Origin: Vicugna vicugna
Lineage: Eukaryota
NCBI GenBank assembly: GCA_013265495.1
Contig: MU057930.1
Location: 1,628,057 to 1,692,056, forward strand
Direction: 5' to 3'
DNA length: 64,000 bases
Notes under the pieces: generated by a model
Told to the model about the DNA's origin: nothing
The model's database searches: none
The model's input: the letters and a program-made list of their open reading frames with translations, nothing else
In this document: piece after piece, positions 27,869 to 41,892 of the stretch
Position numbering within the stretch: the first letter of the stretch is position 1
Layout of the letters: the number at the start of each line of letters is the position of its first letter
Position numbers and translations under genes: made by a program

Positions 27869-28139
27869 GTATTCTTACCTCCTCTGTCATAGATTACATG
27901 ACTATTAGTGCACGGGTTTCTTAGGGAGGGAGGACATGACTCCAGAGAAGAAATGAAAATCAGAACAGACATTGTGATTTCTTCTCTGGAGCCCTTTCCT
28001 CCCTTCATAGTGGTAAAAATGCATACTCTGTTTTTTTTTTTCCAGTGAGTAGACTTATGACTTATTTCATACGTCCGTCACCCACCCAAGGGCAGGCCCA
28101 GGAGTGTCTATGCTCACAACCGAACAGAAGCCATCTTTT

Positions 28140-28546
28140 GACTGGATAAAGAAGTCGTGGTATATTTATACAGTGGAATACTACTCAGCCACGAAAAAGA
28201 ATAAAATAATGCCATTTGCAGCAGCATGGATGGACCTGGAGATTATCATTCCAAGTGAAGTAAGCCAGAAAGAGAAAGAAAAATGCCTTATGAGATCACT
28301 TATATGTGGAATCTAAAAAAAAAAAATACAAAAAAGACACTATGAACTCATCTACAAAAGAGAAACAGACTCAGAGACATAGTAAACAATCTTATGTTAC
28401 CAGGGGAAAAGGGGTGGGAGGGGATACATTTGGGAGTTTGAGATTTACAAATGTTAGCCACTATATATAAAAATAGATTTAACAAAAGTTTCTCTGTATA
28501 GCACAGGGAACTATGTTCAATATCTTTAATGAAAGATACATATAAA

Positions 28547-28581
<35 letters not shown>

Positions 28582-28712
28582 TATCATTATCAATAACCTT
28601 TAATGAAAGAGAATTTGAAAACGAATATATGTATACATATGCATGACTGGGACATTGTGCTGTACACATTGTACACATGGCAACTGACTGTACTTCAATT
28701 AAAATAAAAAAA
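28140..28712 (+). mobile_element. L1 3' end with internal (TA)n
   Basis: DWIKKSWYIYTVEYYSA motif, 3'UTR motifs, A-tail. Confidence 0.88.
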
Positions 28713-31614
28713 GAAGCCACTGTTTTCTCTTCTATATTATTTCAAGCCAGCCACCTCCCCTCCCCCCAGGGACTACTGCCTTTTTGGCTTTAAATTGATG
28801 TCTTCCCAGCCTGCCTTACCCTCCTCACTCACCTTCTGCCCTCTGCCAAGCTTGATGGACCTTATTTAGATCAAAGCCTCATGTCACCATTCGGTTTAAC
28901 CTGGTAATTTCCCTATGATTTGACAGAAAGCGATCAATCTCTCGCCAGATCCACAAGGTCATAGATCTGGCTTCACCTTTCAATCCACCTACTTCGTCTG
29001 CATTCCAGTGGTCCTCCCGGGCTCCCTTCAGTTCTCAGAAAAGTCCTGACCTGCCGGTGACTTCCCTCCTGTCTACGCACTTTCTGCCTCCCGCCTCTAA
29101 ACATCAGCACGATTGGCTCTTTAGCACCCTGCAGGATTCAGCTCTGATCGGCCGGTCACTGTTTCCCGGGCAGCTCCTGGCCAAGGTGCACCCCCATGCA
29201 CCCATTTTATTCCATCATCCAGTCCTGCACCATGCAAAACACAGTTTGAAACTGCATCTCTGTTTCCTGGCTCCTACTGTTTAGTTTCTCAGGCCAACGG
29301 TAAGCTCTCTTCTGTTTGAGTGCGTCCCAGAAGCCAGCAGGAAAGCAGATCCGTAAAAATTACTAAACAAATATCCCTTGGGTAGACCAATTTTAAGAGA
29401 GAGAGAGCGCTTTTGGATCCAAATTACTTAGCAATTCAGGATGTGAGTCTCTTCAGCTGTAAAAATAAGAGACCATGAATGCCAAGCTATTCTGACACAG
29501 TAGAGAATACCTTCAGGGTGCCAGGCAAAAAGCTCAACACTAAAACATAATTTCCAATGAATTTTGCAATGAAAAATGTTATAGAAACAAGGCTTTAGAG
29601 CTAGGACAGAACACGGTCTTCCATATGACGCAAAACCCCTATGTCCCATTGGACGGTTTCACATCACATAATTCACTTCTTTCAAGAACCATTTGACAAT
29701 GAGATATTTGTCTATATTCCTCTGCTCATCGTTTTGGAATAATTGTCATCTTTTCCTAGAGCCGACTTTATAAGAACCAAATAGAATAATAATTCTCCAA
29801 TGAGATGTCTCAAATTCCCACTGTAATATTTGGGAGATTAAAAAAAAAAGAAATTCAGAGGCTGTGCTGTGAATCCAAGGATATTAAGAAAATCAATGTT
29901 CATATCTTCTTGTCAAAAGCTCTATTTTGCAGTTCATGGAGAGTGAAATCTAGGTTGGGTTTTTGCTTCTGTTTCCTCTGGGAGATGAACAACAACAAAA
30001 AAAAGGGGGCTTCTTGAGCTGGAAGGGATTCTGCAAAACCCAGAGAATCTTCCTCTTTGAAATAAATTCAAGTGTCATGAGGCTCCGTAGGCAGGATGGT
30101 GATGAGCGCCTTACTGGAACGTTTGGGAAGACTGATGGGGGCTTCGTCCCCAGGGTTGGCTTTCCTGTCGACACAGCCCTGCCTGTATCACACGGGGTAC
30201 CATCCATCCCTCATCACTTTGTCTCCCACCTCAACGTTTGCCGTCTCTCCTGACACAGTGCGCCACCTGCTGGACCACCCGCGCGGGTTCACGGAACACC
30301 CAGTGTTTATCTCATTTCTTTCCCTCTGTTGAAACATTTATTTCTCAGAAAAATGCTGTATGATATCATTTATATGAGGAATTCAAAAAAAAAAGGACAC
30401 AAATGAACTAATTTTTATTGATCAGTTAAATGACTGACTTCTTGAATACGTGTAAGCACATTTGACTCTGCTTTATGACTGGATCACCGCGTTCTGTGGA
30501 ATCTTACTTTGTGGTTGGCTTCATTCCTTTGATAACTACGTCAGTTTAAAAAGCTAAAGCTCTAATCTGTTCTTAGAAACAATGAACATATATGCAAACT
30601 AAGAAAATATGTGCAGTATGTTGTGTATGTGTACTTACATGCAATATAATGTGTATGTGCAGTCAAGCTGTAATGATTCTACTTAATAAAACTGAGAAAG
30701 AAAAAAAAAAACCTTTACTTCTCTCCTGATTATACTCTCATTACACACACAGGAGAAAAATGGGGTCACTGCAAGATATTTATAATATTCCTCTATTTCT
30801 ATAACATGATGTATATTAAGATGCTAAAGCTGGAGGAGACTCTGAGTCACGCATCTAAGGTCAAATAACAGTGAGTCAGTGTGGGAGCTGGAAACTGGAA
30901 TCATTGTGGTTTGAGACTGAAGGTTTCTCACCTGCCACAAAATATGTTGTCTCCATAAAGGAAGATGCTCACGGATGAGAGAATCATTGTCTCACGTTCT
31001 TCTAACGACACCTGTTCAAAGCACCCTGGTCAACTTCATAGAAAGAACTTTTCATGGCTCAGCAAAACATTATATATATAATTTATATTTATAAATATTC
31101 GATACTTTATTAATATTTACACATTGACATATGTACGCCATATTCTTATACATTGAACACCTAAAGTATATATTTTGCTCACACACACACATCCCAGAGT
31201 GTGTCTTTGTGTCCATCCTTAGCCAGTTTCTAAATAGTTTCTAAAGCAAGAAGCAGAAGTTGGCCTCTGGTCTTCCCCCAAAGATGGTATAGATGATTAC
31301 ACCCAGCTGGATTGAGAAAAAGTGGCCTCAGTGCTATGAACTTTGCATGTTTGCATACGGAATGACTTCTCTGTTGCTGGGACGATGTTATGGGTCACAG
31401 GCATTTGCCCCAGGTGGGTGTCGACTTCCGCCTAACGTGGCACCTGTTCTGTGTCTGACGGACGCCTAACAACATTGTCTCCACTGCTGGTGTCCATGTG
31501 ACGCTAATGGTAAAAGACCAGCCACGTGGCCCAAGAACCCTCTGTCGTGTCACATGTGCAGGTCTACATCACTTTGAAATGAATGATGCAGACTGTACGG
31601 ATCTAAACATCACT

Positions 31615-31950
31615 CGAGATTTGCAGGTACTCAGTCTTATATATAAAACAGAAAGCCACAGAACTTCCACTGGCTTGAAAAAAAAAAAACAGATGCTAAA
31701 TTAAAAAAATAAATAAAATGCCTAAAATTAAAAAAAAATAGATAAACAAGTTCATACTGTAGATCACACGGAACTCTATCCAATGTCGTGCAGTAACTTT
31801 TGGTGAAAAAGAATATGAATGTGAATGTACATATGTCCACGTATGACTGAAGCCTTGTGCGGCACACTGGCAATTGACACAACATTGGAAACTGAGTCCT
31901 TCAACAGAAATAAATAAATCATTTAGTTAATTGAAAAAATTTAAAAAATA
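31615..31950 (+). mobile_element. L1 3'UTR fragment
   Basis: gataaacaag...ggtgaaaaagaatatg...gtatgactgaagc...ttgacacaacattg. Confidence 0.7.
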
Positions 31951-33191
31951 AAAATAACTGCAAGAAAAGTAAAGATTTATGTTCAAATCCTGGGTGGAGG
32001 TTTTAGAAGACAAAACTGAAAAAAAAAAATACATGATTGGTGTGCTTCAAAAGAGAAGTTTGTATGCCCCGGAGATCTTTTCTTCCTCCATCAGCAGTTA
32101 TGTGTGTGTATATATATAATATATATGTATATAATATATATATATACACATTGCAGATACATGTGTATGCAAGATACATAGTCTACACTATGTATTATAT
32201 ATATATATTTTAACAGCCTTTATAATATTAGGATAACTATATACATGCATGTGTATACACGTTTTTCATGTCTCAAAATATTGTCTCACAATAGGAGAAG
32301 TGAATGTATAGAAATTATGTGTCTAATATATATTATACTTATTACTACAGATGGATTTATATTAAGACTTCCTAATGATCAAGAAACTTGAGGAAAATTA
32401 GTAACTTTTTGTTCCCCAGATTGCCCCAAATCATACATGTCTCAGTACCATCACTTCTCTTTAGCCACCGGTCCCACGCCCACCCCAGGACATGATGAGG
32501 GCTTAAGCATCCTAACAGAGTAAGTGTGTGAGTACGTGCGTGGGGTCTATCCTTGGGGAGGAAATTTTAGTGTCTTTGTACCAATCATATCTCCTGCCCC
32601 TTTAAGATCAGAAGTGGCGTGTCCGAGACACCCCTCACCAGCAAAAAATACCTTTCTCTTTTCTTTTATCTCCTCTGGTAAACATCGCTGAGTATTACTT
32701 TATAAATCGTCTCTTTTTCCTTTGCCGTGTCTGCACTGTCCCCTATGGAAGATGAACAAAACATGTTCCTTTATTTCTCATGTATCCCCCCCACCCCAGG
32801 GCCCAGTCCTGTGCTAGCTGCAAAGATGCCAGACAAAAAGGGGACAAAACAACACACGCATGATGCCGGGTTGTTAAGTGGAGTTCCTAGAAGACGGCAC
32901 AATGGAGTGACAGCTTTCTTCAGATATTGCCCGGGAACGCATTGGAAAGAGACTCCGATGACCCAGGACCCTTTGAGATTTGGGCGCGTTTATCAGAAAT
33001 TCTCAAATCTGCCGTTTCTGCTGCATCTTTTCCTGTACCCCGAGGTGCAAACACTGTCCCTCCTTAGCAGATAAACATATGGGAATTACGTGACCCGCCC
33101 AAGGTCACTTGACCTTCCTTTGGCCCGTGGAGGAGAAACATCCAGCCCCCAGCCCCGATTTTGGTCCCTGGGTCCTGGGGGCTTCCCTCTT

Positions 33192-33586
33192 TTTTTTTTT
33201 TTTTAATGAAGTTATAGTCAGTTTACAATGTTGTGTCAATCTCTGCTGTACAGCACAGTTTGTCAGTCATGCACGAACACACATGTATCCATTTTCACAT
33301 TCTTTTTCATTGTACGTTACTACAAAGTATGCAAAGAAGCGCGTCGCTCATTTGCTTTGTATATAGTAGCGTGCATCTGCAAATCTGGATCTCCCAGTGT
33401 ATCTCTTCCCGCCCCCTTCCCCTCTGGTAACCATGAATTTGTTTTCTATGTCTGCGGGTATGTTTCGTTTTTGTAAATAAGTTCATTTGTCTTTTTTTTT
33501 TTCAGTATTCCACATATAAGGGATATTATATGGCATTTTTCTTTCTCTTTCCGGCTGCCTTCACGCACTGTGACACGCTCCAGGCT
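33192..33586 (-). mobile_element. L1 3' end
   Basis: Poly-T then atgaagttatagtcagtttacaatgttgtgtc; TSD gcttccctctt. Confidence 0.85.
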
Positions 33587-33714
33587 GCTTCCCTCTTACT
33601 AGCCACACGCCTTGCAGGTTAACGTAACGGGCTTCCTTAGCACAAAGCTCCGAGTCTTTCCCTTGGAGGCTGAGTGTGGATTCCTCCCAGTGCTGCTACA
33701 GGAAGACGGCTTTT

Positions 33715-33878
33715 TAAGACTATTTATTTATTTATGTATTACTGCATTATTTATTTTATTGTGGTGGTGAGGGGGACGTAATTCGGTTTATTTGTTTTTA
33801 GAGGAGGCACTGGGGATTGAACCCAGGACCTCGTGCATGCTAAGCATGCGCTCTACCCCTTGAGCTATACCCTCCCCC
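33715..33878 (-). mobile_element. tRNA-Ala-derived SINE (Vic-1-like)
   Basis: ggggattgaacccaggacctcgtgcatgctaagcatgcgctctac; 16-bp TSD caggaagacggctttt. Confidence 0.92.
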
Positions 33879-35434
33879 CAGGAAGACGGCTTTTGATTTG
33901 TTTGTTGATGCATCCCTTGTGATGGCACACTGATCATAAAAAAAATTGTACGCCCTCAAATTGCTGCCTTTCTTTACAGTCCTGCCAGGAAGCATCCGGC
34001 CGTGGACTTTTTTCTGCACGTCTGTCTTAACAAAGACAGATGAGACCACGGTCAGGGTGAGCGCCCAGCCCAAGCAAGAAACACAGCGTCTGAGGTCCTC
34101 ACCTTAGGCGGGAAGGTCGTTCCCCCGATAGCTGAAGGCTCACTAAGACAGCAGTGAGGAGTTGCAGGGAAGGGCCTTTTTTTCCTCTTTTTTCCCCTCC
34201 GTGTTGGCTACCACAGATCACACCGTCCCCACCATCTATACGAAAGGGGAGAGGCTAGCCGCTGGTTTTAGACTGAAAACACCTGCCGTAAAAAGAGACA
34301 TTTCTGCACAACCAGATTCTACGGAGAAAACTAATTTCATATCATTTCAACACCCAACCGTAAGTACTGTATCTTCTTTGCAATAGGCTGGCAACAATAC
34401 ATGTTGCTTTTCTTTTCTTTTTTTTTCTAATCAAAGTCTAAGAGATGTTTTCCTCCGACCACAAAGCACGTTCCCTTTTCCCTTCCTCACACTTCTTTTT
34501 GTAGGGCTGTTGACACAAGTTGAGCCCCATAAGTTAAAGGTCATTTCCAATCTGACTCATCCGGCTGGCAGAAGTGGCCTTGCCGGTGCAAACTGGACTT
34601 GTTGTAAAGAGGAGTGGGCAGAGCTACCCTCCTTCCCTGTCATTTCGACGCACCCCTGGTCTTACGGACCAGTCATTACAAATTTAGGATAACAGAGAAT
34701 AGGGCTCGTGACCAACGTAGGCGTGTGCCACACCTGAAACTCCCCGCTGAGGCGGTTCTGTTATGACAGCTCAGAAGGAAGTGCAAAGGTGGATGCTATG
34801 TGAAATCGGATGTTGTAGGATGAAGGGAAGGGATGGGAAGCAGAGCAGAAACGTAGGTTTAGCTTTTACAAAAATGGAATATTCAGCCAGAAGACTCCTT
34901 TTAAGATACTCTAACGGAAAGAGTGCTACCTGACTTGAAAGGGAAAAGGACCACTGTTGTCCACTTACTTCTGATTTCCACCCTTCCCGCAAGCAGCGTC
35001 AGAACTCACGGTAACCCTAGCAAGGCGCTTCGCCATCAGCGAGAGGGAGACAGGGCTGCAGGTGAGGGAGGGGTCGGGGAGTCCACGAACACCGAAAACG
35101 GTGCCTGAGTCACGAGCAACGTTTGTGCGTCTGTCTTTGACTCGTGATGTTATAGCAAGGATGGGAGACCCATCAGAGCGTGACACATCCGATGAGGATT
35201 GTCACAAAGGAAAACAGATGGCACCTGGAACAGGAAGGTTCAGTCAGCAGTGCCCCCTTTGCAGAACCCCCCTCTCTCTGCTTTGCCCCTTGGCTTCCTC
35301 CCTGGCTCACTAGTCTTCCCCCAAATCTTGCACTTGACTTTCTTCCTACTGCCATGGTCCTAGCGCAACACTGTTCAGTCTCTTTGCCCTCATGTATGTC
35401 AAACATGCCCACTCTGGGTCCCTGTTCTGTTTTT

Positions 35435-35526
35435 CTTTTTTTAAAATTTTCTTTATTCATTTATTTTGGGGGGGTTAATTAGGTCTACTTATTTATTTTT
35501 AGAGGAGGTCTTGGGGATTAAACCCA
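35435..35526 (-). mobile_element. Truncated Vic-1-like SINE (3' half)
   Basis: ggggggttaattagg...ttagaggagg..tggggattaaaccca. Confidence 0.65.
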
Positions 35527-36570
35527 TGTGTGGGGGTGGTGGGGGGAGGGAGGAATAAACATTTAAAAAGTTTGACTCTCTATTAAGGAAAATAAGAGAA
35601 ATAACTTAAATCGTGCATGAAATTGAATGACTGTCCCAAATTATACCGAGTCCGAGACAGTTGCTACCACATACAACTGTATGGACACGTAGCGAGGGGT
35701 TCCCCGCCCCCCGCCCACACCCCCCCGGGTGAAGAACGGTACCGTGGGCTCCGACCACACACTGTTTACTTGCCACAGGGCTTACCGTGGCCTTTGCTTA
35801 CATTAACTGTAGGTGGAGTTATATAGTGAAAGTCAATTTCTGATGCTTATTTGTAGAAATATTGCATTTATGTGGCTCCAATATTTCCCTCAACATAAAT
35901 GAGCAATAAAGTACATTATGGTAAATGAGATGGTAAACTATAAGGTGCCCTGTGACTTTTTGGTATAAACAAGTATTCACACTTTTTAGCAATCTTGGCT
36001 CACAAGTGGACACTCCTTCTGTTAAATTATTTTTGCCATAAATGCAAGGGTTCAAAACTCCTTTGAGGACAAAGGTCCACATGAGATTTAATTTTCATGG
36101 ACCACAACTGAAGGTCACACTTCCTCCAATTTTGGACACTCAGCACCTGTAAAGATGGCATAATTCGGGGACCATTTCTTCCGCATCGGATCAGAGGAGC
36201 CAAAATTGTCCACTTCTCTCATTAGCTTCGTACTGCAATAGTATTTCCAGGGGCTATTTTGAACAATAACTGTCATCTACTCTTTTTTTTTTTTTAACAA
36301 AGGGAATTTAGTGTGTTTTTCTAGCACACACAGATCCTCCAACCCTCACATGTTTTTGCATACTCTTTGCAGACATGATATAAATTATTTTTATCCTGTT
36401 CATCCTGATAATGAATTCAAAATATAAAACATTAGCTCCCCACCTTGCATAATTTATTTTATATAAAAAATACATATATGCCTGGAAACTAACAAAGAGA
36501 CATATCTTGGAAAGCTACTGCATGCCTTCTTTCTGCTGGTATGTAGGACACACTTAAATGTGATTGAAAA

Positions 36571-37083
36571 TGTGCATCGACAGATGACTGGATAAAGAAG
36601 TTATGGTATATTTATACAATGGAATACTACTCACCCATAAAAAGGAATAAAATAATGCCAATTGCAGCAACATGGATGGACCTAGAGATTGTTATTCTAA
36701 GTGAAGTAAGTCAGAAGGAGAAAGAAAAATACCATATACTGTCACTCATATGCAGAATCTAAAAAAAGAAAAAAAAGAGGACACTAATGAACTCATCTAC
36801 AAAACAGAAACAGATTCGCAGACATAGTGAACAATCTTATGCTTACTGGGGAAAGGAGGTGGGAAGGGATAAATTTGGGAGTTTGAGATTTGCAAATGTT
36901 AGCCACTATATACAAAAATACATTAAAAAACAAATTTCTTCAGGGAACTATATTCAATATCTTGTAATAACCTTTAATGAAGAAGAATATGAAAACGAAT
37001 GTATGTATGTATACGCATGACTGGGACATTGTGCTGTACACCAGAAGTGGACACTGTAACTGACTGTATTTCAATTACAAAAA
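36571..37083 (+). mobile_element. L1 3' end
   Basis: 16-bp TSD taaatgtgattgaaaa; standard 3' motifs. Confidence 0.92.
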
Positions 37084-38444
37084 TAAATGTGATTGAAAAC
37101 AATTTGGAAGAATAGGGTGAAATCTTGTTATATGATGGTTACTTTTAGGTCTAGAATAAAAAGGTGGCTCAAGGTTGTGAAAGGCATCCACAGGTCCTTA
37201 CAATTTTTTTCTCTTAGAATTGTGACTGCTCATAGAAACGTGAGTTTCAAATGTAGGGAGAGGCAGAGTGGAAAATATCACGTAGCAACAGATGAAAGCT
37301 ATTCGAGGTGAAATTACACTTCCTACATGACAAATTCAACAATCAACAATAGTAGGTTGTTTTGTTTTCAGAACCTGGGATCTGGTCTCAGCCAGGATCT
37401 GCATTCTTTTCCAATGGCCAGAGGATGGAAGGAACTTCTAAAACGGATGTGTGGGATTGGTGACTGCATCGCAATCAGATGACAAAGGGTTGTTTTTTTT
37501 TTTGACATTGCATACATCTAGGGTGTGGGGTTCTTCCCGCAGTCTCATGGGGATGGCTCGGGGCACTGGGGCTCATGGGATTATTATAATACCCACCGAG
37601 TTCACACAGCGCGTGCTGAGGCCACACAGGTAGGGGCCAGGCACGCGAAATCCTGAGGCTGTGAACAGGATTCTCTCTGCTCTCCCATCATTCAAATGCC
37701 ATGTCTTTCAAAAGCTGGGTTTTATAAGGCGTTTCGTAAGCCTTCCTCTCCCGTGTTACAAATTATTTACAATACTTCCTCGTGTAACACTACCTCCTTC
37801 AGACTCTCCAGTCTCCTTCACTTGCTCTGTATTCAAGTTTCATGCTCTGTATTCACCCACTCAGGTCAGACGTAGGCGTAGTCGGCGTCTTGAAATGTTA
37901 TTTCAGCCAAAATGAGACAACGAACGTTTAACGACCCAAAATGAGCCTTAACATTGTAAATAAAACAATAGGTTAAAATGATACAATGTGTTTTTAAATA
38001 AACGGGCGCTCTGCAAAATCCGATATGCATGCCGCATGTCATCGGAGTGTGAGTACCAGGTGGCTGAGCTTACGTTTCCCTGGAAAGAATTAAAAATTTT
38101 TAAAGCTATCTGTTTTCTCAAAATGACGGTGGCTTTTTTTTTCTTTTAGATTTTTCAAAATCCCTCTAGGGGGCTTTTTTTTTTCTCTCTCTCTACCAAC
38201 CAGGGATAATAGAGAATAGGTGATTCACATTCAAGAGCGAAATGACTGGGTTTCAAACCCTGATTATTCCGTTTCCTGAATGCAACTTTGACGGATTCTT
38301 TGACTCATCTGTTCTTGCGTCCCCATCAGTCAAATGAAAATATGGACACCAGGAGGGTGGCATAAAGATGACATGACTTCATACATCTAGCTGACTTAGA
38401 ACACCGCATTTTGATTACTATTTGAAAGTTTTAAAATTCAGGTA

Positions 38445-38874
38445 CAGATGTCCTTCGAAGAGACCGCGGGTTCAGCTTCAGATGACTGCAATGAAGTGGG
38501 TATCACAGTAAAGCAAGTCACGTGAAGTATTTGGTGTCCCAGTGCATGTGAAAGTAACTGTGCTCTACTGAGTGTGCAGCAGCATTGCAACTAAAAGCGC
38601 AATGTACATACGTTACATTTAAGCTATTGCTAAAAAAAAATGCTAGCCATCATCTGAGCCTTCAGCGCGTCACAGCAGTGACGTCAGAGGTCACTCATCA
38701 CAGATACCGTGAGAAATATGATCATCGTAAAAGAGTTTGAAATGTTCTGAGAATGACCAAAATGTGACCCAGAGACACGAAGCGGGTAAATGTTGGAAAC
38801 ACAATGCAAACAGACTTGCCCGACATGGTGTTGCCACAAACCCTCTATTTGTGCAGGAGAACAAGGTACACCTG
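38445..38874 (-). mobile_element. Internally deleted Tigger1-type DNA transposon
   Basis: TA flanks with cag...ctg termini; Tigger1 end motifs (catctgagccttcagcg, ccaaaatgtgac.cagagac, gttgccacaaacc). Confidence 0.8.
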
Positions 38875-40116
38875 TAAACGCTCTTTAAATGGTTGACCCA
38901 ACACTTAAAAAAAAAAAAACTCTAAGCACTTGTTCTAAGAGTTTCTCTGCAAACAATGCATATCCTCATCCAACGTGACATATTTTTGCCGTCATTATCA
39001 TTTGAGAAAAGTAATTTCAGTGTTACCTACACAGTAGCTAAAATCATCCCTAAAACCCAATAATATGGAAAGCCCGAAGATATTTGCTTGAAAGCCGTGT
39101 TAATAAATTAATAATGATAATAATATTGGACTGATCTTATCAGCGAATTACAATGATGCTTCTTATATTTGAAATGAGGCACCATCTGAACTCCTGGTTT
39201 TTTTAGGGGACATTTTTTGGGGTTGTGTTTTGGAGTTCCTGAAATGTACCTCCCCTCTTCCCTCCTATATCCAGCTCTGTTCCGTGTTGGTCTTCGGGGT
39301 GAGGGGTTTAGAATAACTTTCCTCTGCAGCTTTCTCCCAGCGGAGAGCAGTGGACATTTTTCTCAGCTTCCAGGAGCTCCCATGTGCTCACGGTCACTTT
39401 GTGGGAAGGTACATAATAAAAGACCTTTCTCTGTATACCCATTTCTTTAGCAGAAAAACCTTCACGTTTACTCCCTTAGCAGAACCTAGTTTGTTGTTTT
39501 GTTTTGTTTTGTTTCTTTTCCTCTCTAATCAGGCACCCCAGAAGGCAGGAGGTGATGAATATGTTTGGAGGAAGTTCTGAGAAAGAAAGAAAGAAAGAAA
39601 AAAAGAACAATTCTGCCATCTGACTGCTAGGAACTAGCCTGATAATGGCTAAGCGGGGTGGACACTCACTGCATAAAAATAATTCAAGATAACATCCGGT
39701 GAAGGCCATCCTTCAAACAGCTTGGGATAAGGAACAAGGCAGGTCTGCAGTCCCTCAGAACGATTCCACACTGTCTTCACTTCCATGGTTTACTTGCCCA
39801 CGGCAACTCCAGCCATGCCCTGCTGCCCTCACTTCCTGGCTAAAAGTTACTGACGTGGAATTATCCCGAGAGCCACCCATCCAGAACAACGTCTTGCTCT
39901 GTTCAGCCCTCCTAAAGCCACCCAGTTTAACCCCAAAGTCTTGTCTTCTACTCCATCTGAACTCCTCACCCAGAGGGCTCACCGTTCTTGCCTGTAAATT
40001 ACTAAACTCCACCAAGATGTGCTTGCTTATCTCTGATGGTTGCACTTTATGGGTTCTGAAACATGAAGCTGTAAAACTTGTTTCTCCTTTCCTCTCCCTT
40101 CACCTCTCGAAGGATT

Positions 40117-40279
40117 GATCTATCATTTTTTTCTATCTATCTATCCATCCATCTTTCCATCCATCCAACCTACCTATCGATCTATCGATCCATCCATCCA
40201 TGCTATCTACCTATCCATCAATCCTATCTACCTACCTATTTATCTATGTAATCCGTCTATCTCTCTGTCCACCCATCTA

Positions 40280-40318
<39 letters not shown>

Positions 40319-40425
40319 CATCCATCTTTCCATGCATCATCCATCCATCCAATCTGTCTCTCTATGTATGTATGTATCCATCCGTCCATCCATCCATCTT
40401 GTCTGTCTGTCTATCTATCTATCTT
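40117..40425. repeat. (TCTA)n/(TCCA)n microsatellite
   Basis: Direct reading. Confidence 0.93.
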
Positions 40426-41439
40426 TTTGAATTTATTCCCTCACTCCTATCTCTGTCCCCACCACTCCTGAAAACATGATAGGAATTAATTTCTCAAGCA
40501 GATCACTCTACCTGCCTTCTCAGCTGCTTTCACTGCACCCAGACCCTCCACCCCACATCTGCTTCTGGAGTGAAGGCTCTTGAATCTGGCTCCACAAAAC
40601 AGTCAAGGGGAATTGGGAACCAGCAAGGTGGGCACCACTGTGCAGGCTTGTTGGACACGCAGGGACTCCCTCCCACAGCGCCCCTGCCGTGGCAGCGTCT
40701 GCCCTGTAGCCCAGGGTCCAGCGCATTCTTGGAACAGCAACACTTGAGAAGGATGGGTCACAACCACAAACATGCTCACACCACTTTTGTGCCACGTTTC
40801 AGCACCTGCTGCTTGAATTCAGGACAAGGTGCAAACAGCACGCCCTGTGACTTGAGGCATTTTACCCATCAGATGCTGTTCCGCTCATTCCTCACACTGT
40901 TTCCTAGTGACACCTTCTATTTTTCAGCCAGGACAGAAAAAAAAAAAAAGTCATGGTCCCTCCCAACTTCCTAGGTCTTCTCACTTTAAAGGTGTGGAGT
41001 TGTGCCCTCCCCCAAGCATCCACCACCAGTGATTCGTCAGCATGGATCCCCGCCACGTACTTGGAGAAACATGGGGTGGGGTAGCATCCTGCAGAGCGCT
41101 GCCCCGTCCTGGCGGATGAGGTTAAATGGGTGTGTCTACTCCTGCGTCACCAGGCGGGGGGTCCCCTCTCCAGCACGTCTGTGGGTACCATCTCCAGCAC
41201 CTACTGCTGCTTCCCTGGCTGTAGTGCCTACTTGCACCGGGGTTCTGGTCTGGAAAGAGGTTCCTCCTCTTTCATTTCTAACAGCAGCTCCAGGCCTTGG
41301 TTAACATTCTCATGACTGAACGAATGAGTGTGTACACTTTTCTCAGTCCTTGAGTTATTCAGAAAGGCCAAGAATGCATGAAAGAGTGAAAAAAACAGGG
41401 ACTCACTCCCCTCTACCTAAAATTGGCATTTCCATTAAA

Positions 41440-41892
41440 TAGATGTATCTATTTATCTACTTATGAGATGTTACTCACATATTTAGCTATTTAAATGTCT
41501 ACATACATATGTAATACATATTTTGTATGAGATACCATGTATGCATGAGAATATGTAATAGATAACAATATTATAAATACATATATATGTAATGTTTATA
41601 AATAAATATACAAAATATATATTACATAGTAGATCACATATATGGTATGATATATTATCTATATATTATTTTATATACAAGTGTATATAAATGTTTCACA
41701 TGGTGAGATAAAAATAGTGTATTATATATTCAGATTATCTATTTAATTATAAATTCTTGTACTTTATAAATATATTTGGACATTTATTATAATAAAATTA
41801 TGAATATATAACATATATTTATTAATCTTCATTATTTATATGTAATGTGTATTTTATAGATAGATAGATAGATTATATATATATATATATAT
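41440..41892. repeat. AT-rich low-complexity/(TA)n region
   Basis: Direct reading. Confidence 0.8.
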
